In this document: positions 13,073 to 25,508 of the stretch, piece after piece | Numbering within the stretch: position 1 is the first letter of the stretch | Layout: every line of letters begins with the position of its first letter | The notes under the pieces: model-generated | What the model was told of the DNA's origin: nothing | Databases searched by the model: none | What the model saw: the letters and a program-made list of their open reading frames with translations, nothing else | Translations under genes and position numbers: made by a program | Source of the DNA: Marsupella aquatica | Taxonomy: Eukaryota; Plantae; Marchantiophyta | DNA length: 64,000 bases | Direction of reading: 5' to 3' | Assembly (NCBI GenBank): GCA_973895155.1 | Contig: OZ316891.1 | Coordinates: 27,379,561 to 27,443,560 of the forward strand

Positions 13073-13299
13073 TACGTCTTCGAGAGTTTTCCATGGGATA
13101 CTTCAGAAATAGCCAAAACTACTTCCCATGTACAAGTAACGAACTGGACAAAAACAATTTGTACCCCCACTGAGTTGGCTGTGCAGATAAATCATTCATG
13201 GACACCTACATCTTCGAGAGCTTTCGTTGGGATACTTCAGAAATGGCCAAACCTAATTTCCATGTACAAGTAAAGAGCTGGAGAAAAACAATTTTGTAC
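13073..13299. repeat. Diverged duplication (about 90 bp, about 135-bp spacing) downstream of the MET1 stop
   Basis: tac(g/a)tcttcgagag.ttt..tgggatacttcagaaat(a/g)gccaaa.cta.tt.ccatgtacaagtaa.ga.ctgga.aaaaacaattt at about 13073 and 13208. Confidence 0.85.
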
Positions 13300-13571
13300 A
13301 GAGATCAATTTGATCAGATCTGAAGCTAACTAAATTTCTACCCTGTGCGCGCCGGACTAATATCGGTCTCTTTTCGAGGTCGAATGGGATCCTACTCGAA
13401 CTGAGTGTGGTCAATCTCAAAGGTCATATCTTGTTAAATTTCCAATTTGTATGATATAACAACTCTCTTACGCAAAAAAATTATGGGACAACTTGAGGAG
13501 ACCTGCATCTCATGTCTGGACAGGTCACCCAATAACTGTTCCCGGAGATATTACTATCAGCTTCCCACACA

Positions 13572-16500
13572 CTATCTCCCCCGTATGGCCTCCTTCAGCA
13601 TGTGCCCCAGGGCTCGGGCTAAAGGTGGTGGCACAGCATTGCCAATTTGCCTATGCTTGCTGTTGATATTTCCAAAAAACTTATAACTATCAGGAAAGCC
13701 CTGCATCAAATCAGACAAGAATCAATGTTAGATTTGCACTGCTCCATTGGAAGCGAAACTGAACAATCCGTTCAGCTTGGAAAGACAAGCTAGAATGTAA
13801 AAAGTGATAAATTCCACCGTTAACCACCATGTACGAGCCAATGCCAGAGCAATTATTATGCTGCTGAAGAAGAGAAAGCAAAACACACCTGGGACCGAGC
13901 ACACTCCCGAACCGTGACAATGCGATCCTGGTCTGGGTGGAAGCACATTCCAACCTTTCCCATAGGTTGGGGATCTGTAATAGAAGTGGGAAAGTTTCCA
14001 TCCCAATCAAGTCTCCCAAATAGGCCTTTCCACTGGTTGTGCCGGTCTGCTGTGTTGGGTAGGCACCATGGTATCAAATCTACCACCTGTCCTGTAGTCA
14101 ATTTCACCTGAAGAGCCCACAATACCCACTTTAGACATGTGGGCCAGATAAGGCGTGCAATGTGTAGCGATGTACTGCCAGGAACACTGGCAACAAAACA
14201 AAAAAGCACAGTAGGGACAGATGACGCCACAATTCATCCTGAGCCGAAGAGAGTACCTTCTCCTCAGGTAGACAGCGCCAATCAGCACCAGGCTCCTTGG
14301 GGATTCGCTGGCAACGAATTGTGTTCAATTCATTCATTTCCTTGGAAATGTGATCAATAAGGTGAGTTTGTTCTCCCCTTATTTGTATTTGGAACCATGA
14401 GTCCGGTAGGGTTGCGTACTGCAGTCCGCCAGGAGAAAAGACTAAATTAAGAAGTGCGATACGAAACAAGAAAGCATTAAACGTTGTCGGCAAAGATATA
14501 GTTATGCGTAATCTATTGCGTTGGTCACTCAATTCCAGCATGAAAATTCTGCAGTAGCTGCCAACTACATTCCAAAATCCAAGCAAACTGCATTTTGATA
14601 TGACTTACTGGTATGTCTCCTTTGTTTGCTCCGTTCTCAACAGGAGGAAGGTCACCCACAGTATCCCTCACTGTTATGGCTCGAAGAGGGGCACCTCTTG
14701 CCGCATCTCTCACTGCTGCATATTGAATTGCACCAGGTAATGTTATTCCCAGCTGAGAGCTTGAGAAAACGTGTTTGGGCTCAGGCCATTCAGGTAGTGT
14801 TTCACTAGGAGCAGCAGCCCATATGAAAGCCCTTTTCCTCGATTGGGCCACTCCATAATTACCGGCTTGTAGAACACCAAAACGAACCTGCAAGGAATAT
14901 TGTAATCGGAAGTGAGACATCCTTTCGTTTAGAGATCTAACTACCATTTCAAATTCTCGAACCGATGGTTCACTCCAAGAACATTTCAACACGGCGAGAG
15001 GAGTATTAGTAGTCCCCATAAGAAGATCTCTGACGCGTTCTCTTACAATTTAAACCGCTACATCACAGCTAAATTTCGTACCTGATAACCCATCTCCAAG
15101 AGGGAAGCCAAAGATAATCTGAAAGTTTGGCCTTTATTGAAAGACACAAAGTTCCGCACGTTCTCAAGAAGAAAGTAACGAGGTCGGAAATATTCAGCAT
15201 AAGACAAGAAAGATAGAATCATCTCGCACTGTACTTTGCTCCAAGCTCTTTGACTGAATCGATTCATTCCAGAAAATCCCTGTAAAAGTCCGATAGAAGA
15301 CCCATTAACAAAACGGCACTCGGTTGATGTCACCTCCTCATAACAAGTGGCCAGCCATCTTCAACTGGTCAGAATCTAGCGCCCACTGTTAATCCTTCCA
15401 ATAAACTTTGGCAACCTTATTAAGTTAAATTACAACGTGAAATGACGGAATACATAACATCCTATACTGCACGGAAATCTTTAGCTACTTACTTGGCACG
15501 GTGGTCCTCCGCTGATGAAATCAACCTCCCCTGGTCTTGGTAGGTGCAATTTCTTTTCTTTGTCGAACTTTAGCGACAACTCCTCAGCCTCAGGAGTTGA
15601 TACACAATCATCCAGATCGCCTCCAATCTCCATTATGGACCTGATACAGGATTTCTCTGATCAGTATAGGAGATTTTTCTGACAAAATACTTTTTCGATA
15701 GATAGAAGGACACATAGATCTTTCGTCATTGTAGGGCCCTGCTTCTGGCCAGGCACTAGTAGACAATCAAGAAGTCAGAGAGTCACCTTAGAATGACATT
15801 GCAATTCTCACAAAACGTATCAGCGGTTGGATGATTCAACTTGAAGGCCTCGGCAGCTGGATTGTCATATTCAATTGCCCATTTCGTAACACTGACTCCT
15901 GTAAACCAGAAGTCAAGGAGAAGGTGGCGAACAGAATCAGTTAATTGAAATTGGGGAGAGGATCGATCGAGGGTTCGTGAATATGATCGATCATATTATG
16001 CCAGCTCTGCATTGAAGACTGATTTGAACCAAAAGCAGTTTCACATTAAAGCATTAGCAATTCAAGAGACAGGATAGCTTAGACAAGGAAACAAGAGCCA
16101 CAAGTCGTGCCAGTATACCTGACTGATGTAATCCCTCGGAGAGACCACCACACCCAGCAAAGATGTCTAGTGTGGCTAGTGCAGACTCCGAGACATTTTC
16201 CACAGATGGCTCACTCTCTACGGCTTTCCCTTTTCCTTTTGCTTTAGCTGCAATCTCTTCTGCTTGGGACTTTCCTGTGGTTGCTTCTAAGGAGCTCCCA
16301 GGGCTCAATTTGACATTAAGTGGAAGCTACAATCAAACGAACAAATTGTTATGGCGCGATTTACAAATGCACCTAAGATTTTGGATCAGGAATATGGCTA
16401 CCTGCACGGCCAAAGAGGTCAGTTCCTACCAACTGAGGAGTGCTCACGTTTCACTTTTTTGCTGTGAATTAGAGCGCCTCAAGTCCTTGAAAGTCAAAAG

Positions 16501-19500
16501 CCTTCCAAACGCGATAGACAACGAGGACACTATCAGGGAGAAAGCTACCTGTTTCACGGTTCCAGTCTTGGGGTCATGGATGCAGCTGCAGAAGAAGACG
16601 TGGTTAACTGCACACTTCTCAGATGCTGCAACCTCGTGGACTTGCCGTCGAACAACACACTTGCCCCTTGCAGTCGCAATATCGACAATGGATGTCTCTT
16701 CACTGTAGTAAACCTGCACAATTCAACAGGCAATACTGATGCAACTACACCAACCCCGCCCCCGCAAAAAACATGCGTATCTAGAAGTTTTCCGGGCCAC
16801 AGAGTTGACGAAACTTATAGAAAAAGGTAAAGAAAGAGGTAGGACAAAAACTTGCAGAGTGATCTAAAGTAAATCCTCGTTCCTGATAACATGGCCGCAG
16901 TAAACAATAACCGGCCTAGACGCCTTACCTCGTGAATGTCTGCCTTGTAAGCTTTCATCTTATCAACATCTTCCGGTCGGTAGAATCTTCTTATCTTCAT
17001 AAGACGAGAAGCCTTCTTACTGCTGCTGTTGGGCGAGGGCAGAACACTCAGCAGCTGGCAGATGGCAAAAGCATGAAGACCTTTGTTTCTACCACCTTTG
17101 AACAGAACCTTCTCGTTAGGATCTGATGAGGTATGCACAAATGTGTCTGGATCCAGATATAGATAATCATCGATCCGATAGTTAACACCCTGGAATCGAA
17201 ATCCTTCCTCCTTGGAAAGGATCAGCACCTCCAGTTTCTCCTCAGTTTCGCGTCTAGTCTCGCAAGCCTTGCAAGTCCCGGTTCCCAGCGCCACACTATC
17301 CTTTGGCAATGACAAGAATGCTCCTCTCTCAGGACAGTACCAAGAACGGCAGAAATACTCAACAGGTAAACCTTTCTTCTCTCTCTCCTTAGCAGAATTT
17401 CTATCAGCCTCATCCTTAGCAGCATTCTCCTTTCTGTACTGGTGCCCCCAATTCCTTTTCCTCAGCTCCACAGTCACAGGTCCTGCAGATTTCTCGATTT
17501 CGACATTTTCACAAGCGTCAGTTAGAAACACCTCCCTCTCATTCGCTGCATTGCCTAGAATCGTTTCCCATCCTCTCTCCAAGACCCGGCCATGTGCCAT
17601 GGGAGCACCTCTTTTACCTTCGTAAAGATACTCTATCAGAAGAATAGCAGGAGGACGCTCTGAGAACTCATTGTCGTCATCCCGATTCACCAACACAGCC
17701 TTCCCAGCTGTATACTCAGTCCCATTGGAAACGGCCTGAAGGTACACTGGTTCATTGTTAACTGTCTTTCCAATGGGCTTATCAGCCCATTGCACGATAC
17801 TACAAGTGGCCTTACAGCATTGGGACTGCTTCTTCGGTGTGTCTCTCACAGAAGATTGTGTTTCCACTGCCTCCTCGTCATCACTCTCTTCAACAAGTTC
17901 TTCCTCCACCACCTCTGCGTCTTTCTCAGCAATGTCAGCAATTGCCCCCTCACCCCCCTCTGCTTCTGTAGTCCCAGCGTAATACTCACTCCAAATTCGG
18001 TCAACAAGACGAGTGGTAGTTGCACGCATGGGCTTACGTTTATGGCCATCGGGGCACAAGTTAGCTCGAGGATTCAGATTCCTTCCCTTCTTCAATAAGA
18101 CTTTCTTTTTGGTGAGAGCTAGCTTCACGTGACTCAGCTGCTCCATTTTAGATGCTAAGCCTGTAATGAAAGCGCTCCTTTTAATGCATTCATCTGGATA
18201 CTCGGCGAATTGCTGGAGGATGATTTGTCCATGAGCCATCAGATATCGTTCGACCTCCGCCACCTTAGAAGACACATATGTGGGTTCGTCTTTACTTTGA
18301 CTGGCAAGCTTTTTAATGACATCATTCAACGAGAGGCGGTTGACTCGTGAGGCCTCTTTAAGCATGGTGATCATTATGACAGCGAGCCTGGCTGTTTTCA
18401 GAACGGGCTCGTACCATTTCAGGTATTGTTGGGAGGGCTTGCCGAGGCGGTACCACGCTCCATCTGTCCTGAACGAGATGAAAAGCATGGAAGCTCCAAA
18501 CTCAATCTTCCATTCCTTTACAGCACTAAGATAGACACGGATACCCTCCTGGGTTTCATTCCCATTGGAGCCCGCCGCACCTCGGCTGCTGCCCTCAATG
18601 CTACCTTCAGCCGTTTCAGCGTCGAGGCAGAACCCACTTCCGTCATCTTCCGTGATGACGCCAGAGCCGAAGATTTCCATGTCTGTCTCGGCGCCACGGA
18701 GCATGGGGAGGAGCTCCAGTGACAGGAGTCGCGAGTCGGAATTGTACAGAGTCCAGTCGTGAATCTTCCGGTGGGGGAGATCCTCCGGATACTCGACGGC
18801 GATCTCGTCAAAGAGAATGTACTCATCCATTTCCTCTTCCTCGGCCGTGTAGTAGGCGGGTAGGGGGTAATCGTTCGCGATTTCCGTTTCATTGATTTTG
18901 ATGTAATACTTTCCCTTACTGGTCGGAACTCGTCTGGTTGGCTTGCTGGAGAAAGCCCTGTCATCCTCCTCTTGGAGTAGACGAGCTAGCCTCTCGTCTT
19001 CATGCATCGAATCTGTCGCATGAACAAGGAAATTAATTTCAACACCATCTCAGCAACAAAGTTCTCGCGAATTGTAGTGGCCACATGGTTCTAATGGCAT
19101 GGAGAAATTGAGGTTGAACGAATGGGGGGATTCAAGAGATGGAAGGGCAATCTGAATGAATAGTAGAGCAACGGAGACGTACTGACGAAAAACCATTAAT
19201 GGTTTAAAGAAAATTAAAATTTCCAGAATTACAGAACACCAGAGGTGAGAAGGGCGATCAGAATAGAAGAATGCAAACCAAACGAGATGACGAGAAGATT
19301 GATATCAGATGGCATGTAGAAGTTTGGAAGTCCGGATAAACAAGAAACCACAGGCAAAGGGGACAAACTCGATGCACACATGACCGCAATCCAAAGAGGC
19401 AGGTCAAGATAATCATGAAAGGGATGAAGATAGACGCAGATTCCGGACACACTAATGCCAGAGGAAGAAGGGACAATTTGGATATACAACCTAACCGAAC

Positions 19501-22201
19501 TCAAACCTGATGTGCTGAAGTGAAGAAAAATACCTGACATAGAATCCGCCCCACCAGAGGAATCTCCATTGGCAGGACAGCTTCCTTCTCTAATTGTAAG
19601 AGCTCCATCTTTGATAGGGAATCCTGAAAACCCATCGTTGACGAGTCTTCTCTCACCTTCCTGCTCCAGAGAAACGAGTGCCGGCAAACCACTAAAGAGC
19701 TGCTGATGGTCGCCCGCATTCTCATCGAGCGCCGTGAGCTGGGTTATGACAAACTTCGCGTTGCTGATGAAGAACTCCCGGTTGAAGAAATGCCCCGACC
19801 CTCCCTGCTTGCTGAAAGAGCGAGACACTCTGGCAATTAACTCGTCTAAGGGCAAAAGAGGATCTCCGCCCTCGGGTTGAGATAAAGTCCTATACACCTC
19901 AACGCACACTTTGGCCTTGTCAAATAGGGCGTTGAACACCTTCTTATAGACTCCAGATGGCTTAGTGCAATAGTATTCAGCCAATTCCGTGCAGAAACAG
20001 ACAGTCGGATTATTTTTCTCGTACCCCATAATCCACCAGGACACGACAGGTCCAAAGCCATCGCACCTCACACCCTTCTCTTTGTCCAGAAGATTAGAAT
20101 TTGGCAAAACTAGGGCTGAGATATACAATGGGAAACCATCATCTATGTGCTCGACAGAGCGATGGTTTCCATTCTCATCATGGATTACAAAATCTAGGAG
20201 CCTTCGCTGCGGAGTTTGATCTTCTCCAGGCTGCGCCGTCAGCACAATGGCGACTTCCTCGTCTTCGACAGTCTTCTCTTCCTTCGCGACGATGAGACTT
20301 TCCTTCTCATCTATCTGGATTCTCTTCTCCTTGAAATTCGTCCCGGCAGCTGCCCTTCTTGGGCGACTCGAAGGCCGCTTGTAAACCATAACGTCCTCAT
20401 TGTCATCTGAACCAGTCTCCTTGTCGCTGGTACAGTAGTCGGAATCCCGGTCTTCCTTGGGACTGCCCATGTGATCTGGGCTGAATTCATGAGCTCGCTT
20501 ACGACCTGAGAGGGTCTCCCTGACTGGCGGTTGGAGCTCGCCGTCGGCTTTACAGGAATGCAAATGTGTATCAAACTCAGCGTCCGAACCATTATCAAGT
20601 CGATCCTTCCGGTGAGCGTGAGGGACACCTTTGCTGGTTCGTGCTCGACATTCCTTTGTCTCAGGAACAAGTGCGGAAGTAGGAGCGGCGGGTTTGGAAT
20701 TGAGCACTCCTGCCACCTTCTGCAACTCCTCGATCCGCTTCTTCCCAGCATCAGTGAGTGGCCGCTTCCGAGAGGGTGTCCCGTTCGGAGTACCTTTAAT
20801 CTTTTTGTTTGATTTGCCCTTGGGTGCCAGATGCTCTGCTTCCGCATTCTGTCCATGATCGGAAGAAGGATCCGGTATTCTCACCAAAAGGTTAGTGGAA
20901 GGAGGGACAGAGGTGGTGGTCAGAGACGGATTTCTTCCAGGCATATTGGCACCCGTGAATGTGCTCGGACTCACCACTTTCCTCTGAGGAGAAGATGCCA
21001 ACAACCGGCGCCCAGAGGTAGTAGCAACAGGCGAACAAGGCAAAGAACGAGCTGTGGAAGCAGGTGAGAGTGCTTTCACGGGAAGGGCATTTGGGTTCTT
21101 AGGTGTCCCATTGGTGAGCTGGAAAGCTGGTTTGAAGTACTCTTCGTCTTCTGGGGATGAATTCTCGAACGGGACTGTGTTGTTGATGCCGCGGGAGAAT
21201 TTGATGCGGCCTCCACTGCCGTGGTGCTTCTGAATGTCTCGAGGATTCGCTAAATGGACTCTATGATTGTTCGATTTATTGGGAGTAGGTAGATGCTTTT
21301 GAAATTCGCGAGGTGAAGATTCCGAGTTATTCCCTTCGATGTATGTCAAACATTGCTTCCAGGACCGGAACTTATCACCTGCCACAACACAATCACAGCG
21401 GATGAGAATTAGCAACCTTGTTTTCGGATTCAAGGTACTAAAAAGCAGTGTCTCGTAGACAACCGAGTAGAAACTGAATGCGGGGTGCAGGAAGAATAGT
21501 TCTCAGGTCTGATCATTGGAAGATGAAAAATTAATAAGCAACCTTCACTGCATTGTAACTGACGCTGAACTGCTCAAACAGGTAGTAATGCAGAAAAGAA
21601 AAAGACTAGTGCAACCATATACAAACGAAAGGAACAGTTGATTCCATCAACGGAATGTTGAATGCCAATGAGTTCTCTCGGATTCATGAAAAGGCAGTGG
21701 ACTTGAGAGGGGATCAAAGGAAGGAAACAATAGAGCAGCAGAGATAGTGACGTATCAACGTTCTTTTGACGAAACTTGGAAGGAGAATGCGTTTACTACC
21801 ATGAAGGAGATATTGCACAGCATCCTTTAAAACAAACGCACCGACGAACGAGGAACGAGATTACGTATCCAAGGACGACAGAGAAGGTATACAATGCCAT
21901 TCATCCAGACCTCTTCGTAAGATGCGTACTATGCAGACAGTCACTCTCAATTCCCGTCATCGTTAATCCGACCTTCGTGCAACTCGCAAAGATTAGGAGT
22001 GTACAATTCAACAAACCTCAACGCAAGGAAAATCAGCAGGAGCTCTCCGACAGGCAAAGATCACAAAATATGATTTCGAACAGACCGACCTCTAGGCGAT
22101 ACATATGTGAATGTGGTGCGTCCACTGGGGTGCGTGCATCTGACCACAGTGCCGCCGTGCTGCTCCCACAATCCCTCCCCCAATGCCTCAGATGGCGCCA
22201 T
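13572..22201 (-). CDS. MET1: DNA (cytosine-5)-methyltransferase MET1/DNMT1 with an extra N-terminal MBD-like motif and long disordered linker, 12 exons
   Basis: Exons 22201-22090, 21378-19534, 19012-16929, 16713-16549, 16326-16119, 15898-15787, 15640-15493, 15279-15082, 14887-14609, 14418-14257, 14107-13889, 13700-13572, all GT-AG and in frame. Contains [14 protein letters not shown]; RFD1 ([13 protein letters not shown]); RFD2 ([43 protein letters not shown]); two BAH domains; KAKGKGK linker; motif [18 protein letters not shown]; catalytic GGPPCQ|GFSGMNRF; ENVRNF; QSRKRAF; [21 protein letters not shown]; [12 protein letters not shown]; TAG. The first exon is the least certain part. Confidence 0.95.
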
Positions 22202-23836
22202 CGCTACCACCCTAAAACCCCAACCACCGCCCTCCTGGGAAGCTCCCACCTCACTGCCACCACCATTCGCTATCCTCTATTCAAACACCTCCCGCCAGCA
22301 TCTCCCGCCACTCTTCCTTCCCTTTGTCGATCATAAGAACTGCTCCATTAATTTAATGAGAAAGCAATCATCACCAAATTCAGTCAACTCACTTGACATA
22401 ACTTAACTCTTACCCCCGAGCCCCCGTCTTACCCCCGAGCCCCCCCTCATACAGGAACACGTTACTCCCACACTGAACACTCTCTCTTGCCTCATTTCTC
22501 ATTTTCTCCCGTGCCCCGATTCGGCCCTTCCGCTCCCTCTTCCATCTTCTACAGTAGGAAGGTTTTCAAACCCCCCCTTCTGCACTACTCCCGCCAGCCC
22601 TGGGACCACCATTGCCAGACAGCACCTTTCTATCCATGAGTCAAAAGTATAGTTAAAATAAAACACTCGCCATCTCACACATTCCCGTCAGTCGAAGGCC
22701 ATCCATCGACGAACCAAGCAATGACAGGACAGAACAGAACAGTAGCGATGAAAGACGAGCTGAATCGACTGTGCAGTAAGGCGATGGCAAAGGCAGCGAA
22801 GCTACAGTCAATCCAACCAACCACAAAGCTCTGCCATTCTCAACTGCGCCATCCGGTGGATGGACCGAGAGCTCTGCGCTGAGCCGATGATGCAGGCGGC
22901 ATCTTCATCGCTATCCATCCGGCATGGTTGTTGTAGCAATTCGCTTGGGATGGAAAGATGTTGCTGGCAAAAGCGAAAGGCGCGAGGCATCAGTCCAGAG
23001 CCGCATTACTGGTGAAACTCGCTCTCTCTCTGACGACCATGACAAAGCGCAGCAGCTCTGTACACGAGCACTGTAGAGGAGGGAAGGGGAGGAGAGAGAG
23101 TCATCATATGTGTAGTTGTGTACATGCCGTTCGTTCTCGTCGAGTGTTTTTCCCGTCTCGGGTTTCTTTCTAGAGGGTGAAGAAAGAGACCGTAGTGTCC
23201 CTCCACGGGGGGGCCGATCCTCCGGTTAGAGACCGTTCCTCCACCCGGGAGACCGACCCGAGGTATCCTTGTCGGGCTTCGATCTCCCGCCATCCATTTT
23301 GGGACAAACGGCGCGCGCGGGAGTATCGTACGAATAATAATAGGTGGCGGGCTACAGAATGATGTCTCTGGGCTTTGCGTTGCCTGTGACACCCCGGGTG
23401 TCTGTAAAATAAGTTCATTCTGGTGGGCCCCATTTACAAACGGTGATGGGATTTTACTGTTCTGTAGCACAATTAGAGACGACAGCCGTCGATTGTGCGT
23501 CAGGACGGTCTCGTCTTACTGTACCTTGGGTGTAAGAGGAATGGCGGGCCCGAGATTTTGCTTTCTTGTACTGTAGGTTTCGGTGACGTACGATGGTGTA
23601 GAAGCCTGGTGGGCCATATAGTGGTCATGCTCTTTTAATGGGTTCCAAAAAATGAGAACTTTTTTCTATGTTGAGCATTTTGAAGGGTCCAGATTAGATC
23701 GCAGAGTGCCTTTACAACAGGTGGAGGCCCTTGTGACTGTTTTCACCAAAGGAGACTAGAGAGTCCTCTTATCTACAACTATAATAAGGGATCTCGTCTT
23801 TTTTTGTCCTTTGTCCCCATACAAAAAAACTTTTGG

Positions 23837-23844
23837 GCGGGAAA
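23837..23844 (-). promoter_or_regulatory. Candidate E2F site (TTTCCCGC) upstream of MET1
   Basis: gcgggaaa on + is TTTCCCGC on -, about 1.6 kb upstream of the proposed ATG; related GGCGGG cores at about 23346 and 23543. An 8-mer match only. Confidence 0.35.
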
Positions 23845-25370
23845 GATCCATAGCCGTTGGATTTGATTAGTTGTTTTTGCTCACCATGGATGAGAGAAAT
23901 GTACACCCCTATCACGTATTTGCTTCCCGCTGCCCCGTAATGCCCCCGACCAATCCCTATGGGCCTGCCCTCCTTGCACAGTGCAAAGCACCGGCATAGG
24001 GCTCGTTTCTAAATAAAACTCCAATCGAAACTTCCAGGCAAAAGAAACATGCCCATCAAAAGGGTCCAGTGAAGGAGAATCCAAATGTTGAGTAACCAGG
24101 TGGTTTCATGCTCCATGGACTTAGTTATTATACAAGAGAATCCAGCACGTCTCTTCACTACAAAGCTGACATCCACCTTGTAAGTCTATAGGAGGGGCAT
24201 TGAATTTAAGAGCCAACTCACATGTAGCAGCCCTCAATATTGCGGCCCTTAGCTTTCACTAAAAATAGGGAAAAAGGATACCTGCTATCCTGCAAGTGTC
24301 AAGTACACAAGGCTGGTCATGCCCTCACTGAAGCTCATACAGACCACACTTTGTTTTATTATGAAGTTTGAGGTTGAATTTCAAAGTTTCCGGCCCTTGC
24401 CCTTGGAACTCAAAGTTTTTGCCATTAGGCCAGGGACGGAGTGCGTTCAGGCATCTTTATCTCCCTCACTTATATGCTGATGTGAGTCAAGTTGAGGGCT
24501 GGAAAACATAGGGCCGATCACATGCAAGTTGGCCATAAGACCTTTCAGTCCAAAACAAATGCCCTGGCTGCCTGAGCATATTAGATATATTAGAGATTCA
24601 ACTTCCTAGATTAGAAAGGTATGATTGGACACTAAACTCCAAGGATTTGGGGGAAATTTATCCCCAAAATTTGAGAATAGTTGGCCTCTCTTACTTGCCC
24701 AATGTGCTAACTACATGGAAAGGAGTTTGGCAAATTTAGAGTGCTGTTATAACCCACCTTGTGTAAGTTAGGGCCCACTACAACTACAGGTCACCCAACT
24801 ACTTACCATGTATGTGCTTGCAGAAGGCTTTTCCTACCGTTAAGCCCTGCCCAAAATGTATAGCAAATCCAAAATGTATAGCAGATCCAAAGCTTTTTAT
24901 TCAGAGAAATTACAGGCAGGGAGCAGAATGCACTACATCCTAGAAGAGGCAATCTCTGTTTGACTTGACTCATCTCCATGCACTTTGAAGTCCTCCCATG
25001 TCAAGAGTTGTCCAAACAAAAATCCTCCTACGTACATTCATTACGGACCCCATGAGAGGTCCCTTCCAAACTTCCTGGCACCACAGCGTGCCACATCAAC
25101 AATAACCGCAACAAACAAGACTCACCAGTTTTGTGAATCAAACTTTAAATCACAAACTAACACATTCAATCATTTGATCCGACATTGATCTAGTTTCAAA
25201 TGCCCTTGCCATGGATTGCATTTTGACTCTCTTAGCTTGAGAATTTGGGTGCATGTAGCAAAAGAGCCTGATTTTTACAACTGTTGTGATAACCACGCCG
25301 TCGCCCTGGTTTCAAATGCACTTGCCACAGAGTGAATTTTGACTCTCTTAGCTCGAGCATTTGGTTGCAT

Positions 25371-25508
25371 GTGATAAACACACCATTGGCCTGCAAAGCA
25401 AAGTATGTTTGCGGCAATTAAACAAATGCCAAACTGCTTGTGATAAGCACGCCATTGGCCTGCAAAGCAAAGTATGTTTGCGGCAATTAAACAAATGCCA
25501 AACTGCTC
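25371..25508. repeat. Near-perfect tandem duplication, 69-bp unit, 2 copies
   Basis: gtgataa(a/g)cac(a/g)ccattggcctgcaaagcaaagtatgtttgcggcaattaaacaaatgccaaactgct occurs twice; a more diverged pair (tttcaaatgc.cttgcca...ttttgactctcttagct) lies at about 25193 and 25310. Confidence 0.93.

Noticed and set aside
19229-19533. Hydrophobic C-terminal tail of the 734-aa ORF suggesting a membrane-anchored MET1
   Set aside because: It is read-through into intron 2 past the donor at 19534; the same applies to the tails of the 730-aa MET1 ORF and the 352-aa RPL4 ORF.
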